Positions 1 to 12,122 of a stretch of 64,000 nt of DNA are shown here, in pieces. The stretch's first letter is position 1; every line of letters begins with the position of its first letter. The stretch comes from Octopus vulgaris. Its lineage: Eukaryota. Both the position numbers and the translations under genes were made by a program. Under the pieces are notes generated by a model, which was not told the DNA's origin, did not search any database, and worked only from the letters and a program-made list of their open reading frames with translations. The stretch spans positions 14,198,001 through 14,262,000 of the forward strand of contig OX597843.1 of the NCBI GenBank assembly GCA_951406725.2, read 5' to 3'.

Positions 1-161
1 ACATATGCAATCATGGAAAAGAGGAGATTACAGAGATGATGATGATGACAATGGATATTTCCTGACTTTCGCTGTTTGGGGTGGGAGAAAGAATGATTTC
101 AACCCCCCCGAGGCACAAGAGTTGTTGGTTCAGGGGTGACAGGAACCAGAAAAGTGCTTAC

Positions 162-379
162 CTTAACCAAAGTAACTCATCATTGCCAAGGGTGTCCCAC
201 ACACATGCAGCCAGACAGAGGTCGGTGGCGTTCAGATAGGACAAGACAGCTAAACTCAGTTCAGGTGGAAGCTCCCTTAAGTCTGGAAAGCCACTGCTGG
301 TCAGCGTTTTGGTCGTGTAGTTATGATGACCGACGCATTCCCTCTCAAGTTCCTGAAGACGGCGAAAAACTTGACCCAT
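162..379 (-). CDS. FBXO8: First coding exon of F-box only protein 8 orthologue (F-box domain); gene continues beyond the window start
   Basis: Translation MGQVFRR...FPDLRELPPELSLAVLSYLNATDLCLAACVWDTLGNDELLW closely matches the FBXO8 F-box as I recall it (LPPELSFTILSYLNATDLCLASCVWQDLANDELLW) and its MGQ start. Donor AG|gtaag at 161. Polypyrimidine tract plus cag acceptor at 415-417, so the exon spans 414-162 with 35 nt of 5'UTR. Confidence 0.9.
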
Positions 380-456
380 AATGCACTTTTACCTTTGGAC
401 AGATTTCCTAAAACCTGAAAGAAGAGAATAAAAGAAATTAATTTACATATACATAT

Positions 457-839
457 AGGCGCAGGAGTGGCTGTGTGGTAAGTACCTTGCTAACCAACCA
501 CATGGTTCCGGGTTCAGTCCCACTGCGTGGCATCTTGGGTAAGTGTCTTCTGCTATAGCCTCGGGCCAACAAATGCCTTGTGAGTGGATTTGGTAGACGG
601 AAACTGAAAGAAGCCTGTCGTATATATGTTTGTGTGTCTGTGTTTGTCCCCCTAGCATTGCTTGACAACCGATACTGGTGTGTTTATGTCCCCATTACTT
701 AGCGGTTTGGCAAAAGAGACCGATAGAATAAGTACTGGGCTTACAAAGAATAAGTCCCGGGGTCGATTTGCTCGACTAAAGGTGTTGCTCCAGCATGGCC
801 ACAGTCAAATGACTGAAACAAGTAAAAGAGTAAAGAGTA
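457..839 (+). mobile_element. tRNA-derived SINE family A, representative copy
   Basis: Head ggcgcaggagtggctgtgtggtaag (A-box-like), ggttcagtcc (B-box-like), tail (aaaagagt)n. Further copies near 1953-2112, 2175-2715(-), 22715-22910(-), 23668-23832(-), 42236-42611, 42729-43286, 46441-46856(-), 49160-49560(-). Confidence 0.85.
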
Positions 840-1026
840 TACATGTGTGAATGGTGGGGGGGGGGAGTACCATGTAAAATGCAGCCAGTACAGTCTGTGA
901 AGTGGTTGGCATTAAGAAGGGCATCCGACAGGAACCTGGTATGGCTCCCAGCCATCTCAGCTCCTATCCAACCGATGGAGAAAGGACATATGATGATGAT
1001 GATGATGATAATGACACACACACAGA

Positions 1027-1260
1027 AGGTGGCGAGCTGGCAGAATCGTTAACACGCCGGGCAAAATGCTTAGCTGTATTTCGTCTGCCGTTACGTTCTG
1101 AGTTCAAATTCCGCCGAGGTCGACTTTGTCTTTCATCCTTTCGGGGTCGATAAATTAAGTACCAGTTACGCACTGGGGTCAATATAATCAACTTAATCCG
1201 TTTGTCTGTCCTTGTTTGTCCTCTCTGTGTTTAGCCCTTTGTGGGTAGTAAAGAAATAGA
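1027..1260 (+). mobile_element. tRNA-derived SINE family B, representative copy
   Basis: Head ggcggcgagctggcagaatcgtt, B box gttcaaatt, central gcctttcatcctttcggggtcgataaa..agtacc domain. Other copies at 24410-24617(-), 33620-34016(-), 36261-36493, 40527-40940(-). Confidence 0.85.
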
Positions 1261-1876
1261 TAAGGATACACACACACACACAACCATGCAAATGGCTTAG
1301 GAGTGAAATTTAGGATTTCTTGGTTTTCTGTGAATCGGTTTTGATAAAACCTTTTTGCAGCTGGTTTTCACACTATGGCAGCACCATTGTTATAGTTTCA
1401 TCATTCTGTGTAACATCCTTTTCTCTATATTTCAGATTCTTCAGTTTTTGGGTGAACCACGCTAATAGCTTTTGAATGAAAATAGCCCATCTAGATATTT
1501 TTTTCAGAAAATGAAGGGTAATGATACATATTAAGGATACATTGAGTCTATATTTAACAGAAAACCATAATAATAATATTATAACATTTATGACATAATG
1601 AAATATTTAGCCAGATGAGAGCCATTTTGACGGATAACTTCAAAACCCGTATTAGTCAGAGAATCTGTGTATGTATATACATACACAGACTTCCAAATAC
1701 CAAAGTGGTTGGCATTAGGAAAGGCGTCCAGCTGTAGAAAGCAAGCCAAAACAGACTGGGATTCTGAACAACCCTTCAGCTGGCAAGTTCTGGTCAAACC
1801 ATCCTACCCTTGCCAGCAGGGAAAACAAACGTTAAATGACGATGATGGGACTTGTGTATGTATGTATGTATGTGAA

Positions 1877-1932
<56 letters not shown>

Positions 1933-2113
1933 GTATGTATGTATGTATGTGTAGGCACATGCGTGGGCGTGTCGTAAGTAGCTTGTTTACCAACCACATG
2001 GTTCCGGGTCCAGTCCCACTGCATGGAACCTTGGGCAAGTGTCTTCTACTATAGCCTCGGGCCAACCAAAAGCTTGTGAGTTGATTTGGCAGACGGAAAC
2101 TGAAAGAAGCCTG

Positions 2114-2171
<58 letters not shown>

Positions 2172-2377
2172 TCTCTCTCTTTTTACTTGTTTCAGTCATT
2201 TGACTGTGGCCATGTTGGAGCACCGCCTTTAATTGAGCAACTCAACCCCGGGACTTATTCTTTGTAAACCCAGTACTTATTCTATCGGTTTCTTTTGCCG
2301 AACCGCTAAGTTACGGGGACGTAAACACACCAGCATAGGTTGTCAAGCAATGCTAGGGGGACAAACACAGACACACA

Positions 2378-2417
<40 letters not shown>

Positions 2418-3095
2418 CTTTTACTCTTTTACTTGTTTCAGTCATTTGACTGCGGCCATGCTGGAGCACCGCCTTTAATTGAGCAAATCGACCCCGGGAC
2501 TTATTCTTTGTAAGCCCAGTACTTATTTTATCGGTCTCTTTTGACGAACCTGTAAGTGACGGGGATGTAAACACACCAGCATCGGTTGTCAAACACAGAC
2601 ACACAAACACACACACATATATATATGTACATATATACGACAGGCTTCTTTCAGTTTCCGTCTACCAAATCCACTCACAAGGCTTTGGTCAGCCTGATGC
2701 TATAGTAGAAGACTAAGGTGTAATTACTGCCAAAGGCAGTCCTACCCCATATTAAAATAAATTTGTTTGAAATTTTAAGGTGTTTCCATTATTTTGTCCA
2801 ACCCCTGTATATACATACATATGTATGTGTGCGTTTGTCCTCCCACCATCATTTGACAACTGACAATGGTGGGTTTACATCCCCGTAACTTAGCATTCAG
2901 GTGCACCACAACATGGCTGAGCCACCATTTGGCCAGGTATCCAATCGATGCAGGCACTGAACAGAGTGGAAGGTGAGGCATAACCCTGACAAACCTCAGG
3001 GTGAGTCAGGGTTGTGTAGATGCTGCAGATCAAATTTGTTAACTGGCAATCCAGCCATGGCCAACATACAGAAAAGTGAAACATATCTTACTTAC

Positions 3096-3156
3096 ATGAG
3101 CTAGGTTCCTTCGCTGCCAAATTCAATGTCTTTTTAGAACATTCTAGAAGATAAAA
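3096..3156 (-). other. Candidate 61-nt 5'UTR exon of FBXO8
   Basis: Strong acceptor (ttttttctttttgtcctttccag) and donor (CAT|gtaagtaag) in non-repetitive sequence, on the FBXO8 strand. Confidence 0.55.
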
Positions 3157-3509
3157 CTGGAAAGGACAAAAAGAAAAAAACATCTCAGTTCAATGGAATT
3201 AGAAATAAAATGGGAGATTGGATTCAACATTGGAAAGAGGATTAACCATAGGTCTGCTGGATCAGGACTGACCTGGGGTTAAAGAACAAAGGATACATTA
3301 GATAATGTAGTCCTAGATACACTATGCCTGAGAAAGAAAAGGTGGCATGGTCATGGTTTGAATATCTATAATCCTTTAGCTCCCAGGTTTTCCTGTCAAA
3401 TATAATCCTTATTTAATCCTTGTTTTGAATTAAGTATGTATTATCTTGTGGCTTCCAGGTTTCAATGATGTCCTTTTTCTTTTACAATGACAGTGCAGGA
3501 TAGGTGTGA

Positions 3510-3562
<53 letters not shown>

Positions 3563-3636
3563 TTATTTGAGGGAATAAAATCCAAACTTACAAGGAAAAA
3601 ATTCAATTTAGAAATACTAAATCAAATTTCACACAA

Positions 3637-4004
3637 TCTCTCTATATATAAACGGCAGTTTGTCTGTCTGTGTGTCTGTTAGCTTGTACCCTCACCCTGA
3701 CCACGGCTTTCAACCGATTCTGATGAAACACACACATAGCCCAATGTCATAATTCAAAACTAACGCAGCGAAAATTTTGAAAAGTTCCCCCAGTTCTGAA
3801 AAAAATCGATAAATTCGACATGGGGTCGAGAATCAGAAACACAAACCGCAAACTGTCTAGGGGACGCAACTCCACCTTTTTTACTCTCAAAAAAAATTTA
3901 CCATCATTTTTTTCCATTTTTTTGCTATTTTTTGGCTATAACTCTAAAAATGCTTTATAGTTATTTCCCTTACAAACCTGAGCAACGCCGGGCGATACTG
4001 CTAG
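3637..4004 (+). mobile_element. Non-autonomous Helitron
   Basis: A|TC 5' end, subterminal hairpin (cctgagcaacgccggg), CTAG|T 3' end, no TSD. Near-identical copy at 54096-54466 and a 5' part at 29195-29395. Confidence 0.8.
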
Positions 4005-5384
4005 TATAATATATATATAAAAATTTAGAAAAAAACCACCTTTTATCAATTCAAAATGAACAATTAAATTACACCATCCATAAAATTACATATAATAGAA
4101 ATATTAAAATTAAAATAATAATAAAATGTCAATGATTAAGTAAATTGCAAAAAAAAAATAATAATAATGTATATAATTTGTTATATATATATAAGTCTTC
4201 TGGTATGATCCAAGTTCTGGCTAACTGCATCAGATGATGTGGAATAACCTGGAACTATTCTTCGAGGTGAATAATCCCAATGTATTTTATCAGATGGATA
4301 AATCTTGCATTTTCTTCTTTGGATAACAAACAGTTCACTGAGTGTATATCCAAGACAATTCAAATAAGGAAAATTATTCATCTACACAATTTTATATATA
4401 TATATCATCATCAAAATTGTTTAATGTCTGCCTTTCAAGATCATCATCATCATTTAACGTCCGCTTTCCATGCTAGCATGGGTTGGACGATTTGACTGAG
4501 GTCTGGCAAACCAGATGGCTGCACCAGGCTTCAATCTTGATCTGGCAGAGTTTCTACAGCTGGATGCCCTTCCTAATGCCAACCACTCCGAGAATATAGT
4601 GGGTGCTTTTACGTGCCACCGGCACAAGGGCCGGTTTGGTGGTACTGGCAACGACCACGCCCAAATGGTGCTTATTATGTGCCACCTGCACAGGAGCCAG
4701 TCCAGTGGCACTGGCGAAGACCTCACTCGAATGTTTCACATGCCACCAGCACAAGTGCTAGTAAGGCAGTGCGTTAATGATCACGCTTGAATGGTGTTTT
4801 TAACTTACCATTGGCACGAAGGCCAGCTTGTTGCTCTGGCCCCGATCTCACTCGTATGGTACTCTTAGCGCTCCACTAGCAACGGATGCCAGTCACCGAA
4901 TTTGATTTCGACTTCAATTTTCACTTGCCTCAACTGGTCTTCGCAATATATATATATATATATCACAAGAGATTGGAAAAATGCTTTTGGTATTGTTTAT
5001 TCCTCATTATGCGTTTCATTGAAATATTTTTGATTCTCTGAAGAATTTCTAATAGATGTCTTCTATGTTTCTCTGACATGTACAATTTTGTAATTCCTAT
5101 TAGTAAAAGGAACACATGTAATGGTGATTAAATAATACCAAAAAGTGTTTTCCAATATTTTCTGACTCTTGTGCATATCTCACACAGATATAACATTTAC
5201 ATACGTAAAATAATAGGTATGTACTATGAGAGTTCAATTTGGTACAGTACCGAAACTCTGGTTTGAACAGATGTTGAGACTGGCTGTCAGGGGCAGTTAG
5301 AAGGGGTTTCTCCCTGAGAAGCTGGATAAAGATTCAAGGAAAAATGGAAAACCGTTTGGCATCACTTGAAAAACTTGTTTAATT

Positions 5385-5935
5385 TACGCAACTGCAGGAG
5401 AAATATCTAGCCTAAGATAAACTTCTGTACTCGGATTTTGTTGACTTGGAGATAGCCTTTGACAGGGTCCCCCGATCCCTTATCTGGTAGTCAATGCGGA
5501 AACTAGAGATAGATGAGTGGTTAGTGAGAGCTGTACAAGCCCTGTACAGGGATGCTGTCAGTAAGGTGAGGGTTGGCAACGAGTATAGTGAAGACTTCCA
5601 GGTAGAAGTAGGGATTCACCAAGGATCAGTCCTTAGCCCCCTCTTATTCATCATAGTCTTCCAGGCAATAACAGAGGAATTCAAGACAGGTTGCCCCTGG
5701 GAGCTCCTCTATGCTGATGACCTTGCTCTAATAGCTGAGTCACTATGAGAACTAGAGAAGAAGTTTCAAGTGTGGAAGGAAGGTCAAGAATCAAAGGGCT
5801 TTAAGGTCAACCTAGCAAAAAACAAATTTCTAGAAAGTAGGAAGGCAGACAGACCACAAACCCCTTCAGGTAGGTGGCCTTGCTCGATCTGTAGAAAAGG
5901 CATAGGTAGAAACTCCATAAGATGTACCCAGTGTT
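5385..5935 (+). mobile_element. RTE-clade LINE reverse-transcriptase remnant
   Basis: Translates to GIHQGSVLSPLLFIIV...WELLYADDLAL with stops. Same family as 30430-33470. Confidence 0.85.
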
Positions 5936-6339
5936 TAGAATTTCTGATCTGTCCGCAATGGAGGAAATATTTAAAAACCACACCACCTATTATAATCAAG
6001 CATTTGCCACAAGCAGCTTCTCCCCCAAAATAAAATTCCTGTCAAATATTAAGAGCTATCTAGCTCAACTACATCCTAAGTCTACGCTCCTCAAAACCAT
6101 GACTACGACATTCCCCAGAATAGATAAGAACCCTCAACCTATCGCCCCGGATCTTAAAAAGCAGCATATTCACCCACTTCTCACACACCCCAAAAATACT
6201 CCAAAATGCAACCATATAGATAAAATGGCGTCCCCAATACCAACTAGAAAATTAAACTCTGCACCACCACCACCATCCAATTAGCTAATAAAAGTGGGGT
6301 GAAAACTTTACTTTCGTATACTTCACCTCCTCTCCTTAA

Positions 6340-6559
6340 CCCTTTCGTTACTGTATTTATTTTGAGATGCTCTGTGTTTCTTTCAATTACTTTAAATATA
6401 GCAAAGAATTTAGTGAAATAACTTGGTTATCATTCAGCTAGTGTTAGGAACATAAATTGTGACTAAGGTTTGGTGGAAGATTTTAATTCAGAACTTATGA
6501 AAAGAAGACATTTGTACTCAGAGCCAGAGGTGGTTTCAGCCGGGTTGGTATCAAAAGGG
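6340..6559. mobile_element. piggyBac-type MITE (about 220 bp)
   Basis: TTAA|CCCTTTCGTTAC...GTATCAAAAGGG|TTAA. Copies at 50843-51064, 51096-51316, 58002-58223. Confidence 0.85.
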
Positions 6560-8101
6560 TTAAATGTTAAGGGTTTACCTGAGCAATTTTTTAAGATTGT
6601 CAAATCCAATTTTCCACCCCACCTCCATAAGTGCCACTCTACCTGTAATTGGCCCACCTTTAAATTATCTTCTACACCTGGCATTGAATCCATCTCAGCC
6701 ACATCTAAAAGCTTAATAGGTATTTGCCAACCAAACACTACCGATGAAAATCTACTATAATAATACTCTTGTGTTTTTCTCCATCACAACATACGAATGA
6801 GAAAGGAAGGGGTGATGGCAAACTGGTAGTAGGAGCATTTCAACTCTGTGTGAGTATATGTGTATGTAAAAGGGAAATATGTGAATGTGTGTGTGTGTGT
6901 GTGTGTGTGTAACAAACACCGATCGATGTCACACCTCAAAAGACAACCACTAGATACCATCGACAAGAGTATTAGCTTGTTCTACCATCCATATTTATAT
7001 ACAAAATACTCCAATTAGCCATAATTTTTGATGGCACACGGCCAGCTAGGAATAAATAAAACAATAGTAGTATTAATTATAACAACAACAGCTATAAAAA
7101 TAATGACTATGAGAACACCAATAATGATAATAAATACTTATAATTATGATATTAACGTTAATCCGAATAACAGAAGTAAGACCAATCATATGCTACTACT
7201 AACGCTAATAACCGACGGAATGATTAGTATCGGTTATAGTAACACTAGTGAGAGGACTGATAATCATCATCATCATCGTTTAACGTCCGCTTTCCATGCT
7301 GGCATGGGTTGGACGGTTCTGGGAAGCCAGAAGGCTGCACCAGGCTCCAATCTGATCTGGCTAGGTTTCTACGGCTGGATGCCCTTCCTAACGTGAGTGT
7401 AGTGGGTGCTTTTTACGCCCCACCTGCACAGGTGCCAGACGAGGCTGGCAAACGGCCACGATCGGATGGTGCTTTTTACGCCCCACCGGCACGGGGGCCA
7501 GGCAAGGCTGGCAACGGCCTAATAATATTATAATTATAATAGGTGAGACCTAATAATATTAATAATAATCGTTTCTACTACAGGCACAAGGCCTGAAATT
7601 TTGGGGGAGGGCACAAATCGATTATATTGACCCCAGTTCTCAACTGGTACTTATTTTATCAACCCTGAAAGGATGAAAGGCAAAGTCGATCTTGGCTGAA
7701 TTTGAACTCAGAATGTAAAGACGGATGAAATACAGGTAAGCAAATGAGTCTGCCAGCTTGTCACCTTACTAATAATAATAATAATAATAATCATTTCTAT
7801 TATAGGCGCAAGACCCTTTTTTTTATGGTGGGGGAGAGAGTCGATTACATCGACCCTAGTACTTGTCTGGTACTTATTTCATTGACCCCAAAAGGATGAA
7901 AGGCAAAGTCAACCTTGGTGGAATTTGAACTCGGGGCATAAAGACATAAAATTTTGCCTGGCATGCTAATGATTCGGCCAGCTTGTTGACTTAATAACAA
8001 CAACAACATTAGCACCGATTACAATTGCGGGGTTTCTGCTACAAAGTGCAGGAATAATGCCACACTTAGTCTTTCCCAAAAGTCAGGAATATCTATGCTT
8101 T

Positions 8102-8405
8102 TTGTTTTGTTCCTTCTCGAGCCATGCCTAGCTCATAAGGGCCGGTTTCCCAGTTTCTTGGCGTATAGGTTCCCCACCTGGACAGGACGCTGGTCCATCA
8201 CAGGTGAGCTGCAAGATGCAGGAGGAAAGAGTGAGAGAAAGTTGTGGCGAAAGAGTCAGCAGAAGTTCACCTTTACCTTCTGCCGGAGCCACATGGGGCT
8301 TAGGTGTTTCGCTCATAAATACACACATCACCCGGTCTGAGATTCGAACCCGCGATCCCTCGACCGCGAGTCCGCTGCTCTAACCACTAGGCCATGGGCC
8401 TCCAC
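8102..8405 (-). mobile_element. tRNA-derived SINE family C, full length with a 14-bp TSD
   Basis: A box tggcctagtgg, B box gttcgaatc. TSD aatatctatgcttt at 8088-8101 and 8406-8419. Second copy at about 13590-13890(+). Confidence 0.85.
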
Positions 8406-9043
8406 AATATCTATGCTTTCAGTTACCAACTCCTACCATAACAGTATAAATGACATTGATAACAATGAATACACTGAGAGAGGATTTAATGGAATTATCT
8501 TAAACCATGGTGCACCTCTAATCTGGCATTTGCCAATCCACAGAATTACTCTTAAACCAAATAGATCCAACAGCAACTTCAAAGTTGGGAATAAATGACC
8601 ATTGCAAGCTGACCAGAGGATCTTTTATGGGGTCTACAAGTGCACAGCCCCTAATAAACTTCAGAACTCCCAGACCCCAGTTGAACCGTCCAACCCATGC
8701 TAGCATGGAAAGCGGACGCTAAATGATGATGATGATGATGATGATGATACTTTGTGTATTTAAACTCATTTAAATATGAAAAACATGGATCTATATTTAA
8801 GAAAACAGTAAATCTACTTCTCTTGCAGAGCATATACACTACCTGAGGAGAAAGAATAAACCCCATAACAGAGCTTGGTCCATCTTAGACTCGTGTCCTC
8901 CATGCCAAGGCCCCTCCATGTCCCCTGTTGGCTGTGTTTGAAGAAATCTTAACAAATCTTGTCACATAATCCAGCACAATTATTATATGTGTGTGTCCAT
9001 AAATTTTTAAGTTTTACCACTAATCTAACTGCTTCTAATTCTC

Positions 9044-9082
9044 ATTTCTGATGAGGGAATATCCCAGAAACAGCCGTAAGAC
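9044..9082 (+). ncRNA. Minimal type I hammerhead ribozyme motif (degenerate copy)
   Basis: CUGAUGA-GGGAauaUCCC-a-GAAAC-agcc-GUA-agac; same family as 21925-21972. Confidence 0.6.
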
Positions 9083-9161
9083 TTTGAATTTTTTCCAATA
9101 ATAATATTGCATACAGCTTGAGATGTTTGCCTTAATGTTTGTTGACCTTTTGAACAATTTT

Positions 9162-9199
<38 letters not shown>

Positions 9200-9301
9200 G
9201 ATAACAAAGAGTAAAACTAATTAATTAAGTAATTATCTATAATTTCACCAAGTAGAATTTGGCATGAAAAAGGACTATTATACAGTAAACTTAAGTAATA
9301 T

Positions 9302-9499
9302 TTTATAATTAGGGTTCAGCAAAGATTTGCTTCACCACATACCGAACTTTAGAAATAGCAGCCAAAGAACCTTAGCTATTTCCTCTACTTTAAAGTAGAA
9401 TCCCTTTTTAAAGTAGAGGAAATAGCTAAGGTTCTTTGGCTGCTATTTCTAAACTTCGGTATGTAGTGAAGCAAATCTTTGCTGAACCCTAATTATAAA
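9302..9499. repeat. Near-perfect palindrome, arms about 93 bp, loop about 12 nt
   Basis: 9302-9394 is the reverse complement of 9407-9499 with few mismatches. Confidence 0.9.
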
Positions 9500-10043
9500 G
9501 TATATATATCATACATATCATCATCATCGTTTAACGTCTGCTCTCCATACTAGCATGGGTTGGACGGTTCAACTGGGGTCTGGGAAGCCCGAAGGCTGCA
9601 CCAGGCCCAGTCTGATCTGGCAAGGTTTCTACAGCTGGATGCCCTTCCTAACACCAACCACTCCATGAGTGTAGTGGGTGCTTTTAACGTGCCACCGACA
9701 CAGGTGCCAGACGAGTCTGGCAAACGGCCACGATCGGATGGTGCTTTACGTGTGCCACCGGCATGGGGGCCAGGTGAGGCTGGCAACGGCCACGAACAGA
9801 TGGTGCTTTTTACGTGCCACCACCCATCCGTGGCCGGTGGCACGTAAAAAGCACCATCCGTTCGTGGTAAGGATAAGTAAGTTAGGTAAATAAATATACA
9901 AAAAATATTAAATTCATTTAATACAAAAAATTATACATTTATTCCTCTACCTGCTCAAGTTTAAACCTTTTAAACACTGTGAAGTGCTTTCTATTCAGAG
10001 AATATGTCTCTCATCTATAAACTATATATATGTATATATATAT

Positions 10044-10478
10044 AGGGAGAGTTTACGAAAACAACAAAAGACGAAGACAGGTGGTGTACAAAACAAAGAG
10101 ATGTATTAGTATAAGGCTCAGGAATAGAAAAAGTCTTTTACGTTTCGAGCCTCTGCTCTTCTACAGAAAGGGACACAGAAAAAACAAGGAGAGAAAAAGG
10201 AGAGAAATATATATATATATATATATATATATAGGGAAAGTTTACGAAAAAAAACAAAAGATGAAGACAGGTGGTGTACAAAACAAACAGATGTATTAGT
10301 ATAACGCTCAGGAATAGAAAAAGTCTTTTACGTTTCGAGCCTACGCTCTTCTACAAAAAGGGACACAGAAAAAGATAAGGAGAAAGAAAAAATGTGTGTA
10401 GTGGCTAACAATCTATCATGCGACTGAATATATTACACCGGCGATTATAATTAATTTTATTGTATCGCATTTAACTTT

Positions 10479-10512
<34 letters not shown>

Positions 10513-10712
10513 AGAGTTTACGAAAACAACAAAAGACGATGACAGGTGTTGTACAAAACAAAGAGATGTATTAGTATAACGCTCAGGAATAGAAAAAGTC
10601 TTTTACGTTTCGAGCCTCTGCTCTTCTACAGAAAGGGACACAGAAAAAAATCGAGAAGAGAAACAAGGAGAGAAAAAAATGTGTGTAGTGGCTAACGATC
10701 TATCATGGCGAC
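10044..10712 (-). repeat. Three tandem copies of a 160-200 bp unit separated by (TA)n; a fourth copy at about 29604-29808
   Basis: Repeated gggagagtttacgaaaac...gtggtgtacaaaacaaa...ctatcatggcg. Confidence 0.9.
10135..10170 (-). ncRNA. Hammerhead-like motif with variant core (CUGUAGA) in tandem repeat unit
   Basis: CUUU CUGUAGA A GAGC agag GCUC GAAACGUA AAAG. Copies at 10325-10360, 10600-10635, 29695-29730. Confidence 0.5.
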
Positions 10713-10769
<57 letters not shown>

Positions 10770-11756
10770 CATTTGAAGAGTAACAGGGAAAGTAGGTTTA
10801 CATGTGGCAGATGTGATGGTACGTTAAACACCAGGAATGTATAAAAATAGACTGCCTCAAATGTGGGTGGGGCGTATCTCCTTAGAAGTAGGAGACAGTT
10901 TCTGCTATTTCGGTGACCAAGTTAGTAGTGCGGGTGGTTGTAGCAAAAGCATAGCTTCTAGAATAAGGATAAGCTGGGCAAAGTTGAGAGAGCAACTACC
11001 TTTGTTAGTAATGCTGGGCCTCCCCCTCAGAGTGAAAGGCAGATTGTATGATGCCTATGTGCAGACAACTATGCTACATGGCAGTGAGACATGGGTTGTG
11101 ACTATTGAGGGCATCCAGCTGTAGAAACTCTGCCAGATCAAGACTGGAGTCTGGTGCGGCCATCTGGTTCACCAGCCCTCAGTCAAACCATACAACCCAT
11201 GCTAGCATGGAAAGCAGATGTTAAACGACGATGACGACAATGATGATGATGCATTGTACACACAAAAAAAGCATGTTACCACATGCTGAAAGACACGCAG
11301 AGGAGGATTTTGTAGGAGTTTGGGATTAATGGGTAACTTGTGGTTGCTGTGAAATCCCTTTATAAATGCCCAGATGTTTATGTTCGGCTAAATGATGTTA
11401 AGTGAAAACCTTTCAATGTGGGTTTTGGACTTGAACAAGGTCATGTATTAACGCCACTCCTTTTCATAATTTTATGAACTGGATCAACATGGACAGCCAT
11501 CGTGAAAGTGAAATGCAATCCGTGGGTGCAGAATCAGTTGGCTGGGATCTGTAGACAACAAAACTTACTTGGCTCATCAGAAGGTAATTTCCAGCATTCA
11601 ATGGATTCACTGGTGAATGCTGCAAGGGAAGGACCAGGGATGTAACTCGGTTCTAAAGTTAAGAGGAGCGAGCACATCAAAAAATGGCACTGTGACACAT
11701 GCCAAACAATTTAACTCATTTCTCTAATATTACATAAAGTATTTCATAAGTTACAT

Positions 11757-12122
11757 CATCATCATCATCGTTTAACGTCCGCTTTCCATGCTAGCATGGG
11801 TTGGACGGTTCAACTGGGGTCTGGGAAGCCAGGAGGCTGCACCAGGCCCCAGTCTGATCAGGCAGTGTTTCTACAGCTGGATGCCCTTCCTAACACCAAC
11901 CACTCCTAACACCAACCAGTGTAGTAGGTGCTTTTTATGTGCCACCAGCACAGGTGCCAGACGAGGCTGGCAATGGCCACGATCGGTTGGTGCTTTTTAC
12001 ATGCCACCGGTACGGAAGCCAGTCAAGGCGGCGCTGGCAACGGCCATGATCGGATGGTTCTCTTACGTGCCACCGGCACTGGTATCACAGCTGCAATTTC
12101 CATTGATTTTGATCGATTTCGA
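11757..12122 (-). mobile_element. RTE family 1 3'UTR-only copy (representative of more than 20 in the window)
   Basis: Reverse complement of ...ggaagggcatccagctgtagaaac...ggaaagcggacgttaaacgatgatg, the same tail that ends the RT-bearing copies; has internal tandem units of about 50 bp. Confidence 0.85.

Larger units (their letters stand above)
5935..9160 (+). mobile_element. Decayed Penelope-like element 3' half (RT thumb, linker, GIY-YIG end, terminal hammerhead) with nested insertions
   Basis: Remnant peptides ISDLSAMEEIFKNHTTYYNQAF (about 5940) and FFKIVKSNFPPHLHK (about 6590) resemble PLE RT C-terminal/linker motifs. INPITEL (about 8856) resembles the LNxxxEL end. Hammerhead motif at 9044-9082. 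Confidence 0.55.

Noticed and set aside
4960-5262. GAAAC-containing hairpins (about 5010 minus; 5241-5260 plus) as hammerheads
   Set aside because: No recognisable CUGANGA-equivalent or stem I; too degenerate to support
8330-8405. tRNA gene
   Set aside because: A/B boxes belong to a SINE head with body, tail and 14-bp TSD; no complete cloverleaf
9951-10014. Additional FBXO8 upstream exon (tag acceptor, CAG|gtagag donor)
   Set aside because: Weak polypyrimidine tract derived from a TA microsatellite and stops in all frames; not supportable without RNA data
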